DNA of 63,781 nt, filler included, from Octopus bimaculoides (taxonomy: Eukaryota): NCBI RefSeq assembly GCF_001194135.2. It is 5 parts of 4 records of this genome, joined end to end, with 100 filler letters (N's around TTAATTAATTAA, not from the genome) between each part and the next. Parts side by side here need not be neighbours in the genome. Positions count along the whole stretch, not along the records: positions 56,747 to 63,781 come from NC_068990.1; 4 more parts are not named here. One strand, given 5' to 3'. The position numbers and the translations under genes were made by a program. Numbering within the stretch: position 1 is the first letter of the stretch; every line of letters starts with the position of its first letter. Below the pieces are notes generated by a model. It had not been told where the DNA came from, did no database searches, and saw only the letters and a program-made list of their open reading frames with translations. Of the stretch, positions 63,748 to 63,781 are shown one piece after another.

Positions 63748-63781
<34 letters not shown>

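Overview
AT-rich, microsatellite-saturated eukaryotic genomic DNA with about 7 kb of N gaps. The SINE families and repeat content point to an octopod cephalopod, probably Octopus (inference). Almost all ORFs in the supplied track are translations of microsatellites or gaps. One real protein-coding gene is present on the + strand: seven phase-compatible GT-AG exons (42570-55644) that splice into one open frame of 643 aa plus stop. The product is Q/T/S/A-rich, lacks a globular domain and ends KSSHYAMRTRNTPKH; it may be the C-terminal part of an EP400/domino-like chromatin regulator, but this is unproven. Its 5' end is unresolved. The rest is transposon debris: several modular tRNA-derived SINE families, a near full-length dead RTE LINE in an intron, a DD37D (maT) Tc1/mariner, hAT and piggyBac-type MITEs and hammerhead-ribozyme-like motifs. 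The most interesting signals are: (1) three independently truncated copies of a restriction-like-endonuclease retrotransposon, all joined to (TACA)n arrays, suggesting a microsatellite-targeting element; (2) a CpG-decay domain that outlines the gene body; (3) a 49-bp hairpin array with variable loops and spacers; (4) a 270-bp foldback palindrome. Four 100-bp gaps carry an artificial TTAATTAATTAA linker, so long-range contiguity is uncertain. No CRISPR array, rRNA or true tRNA gene is supported.
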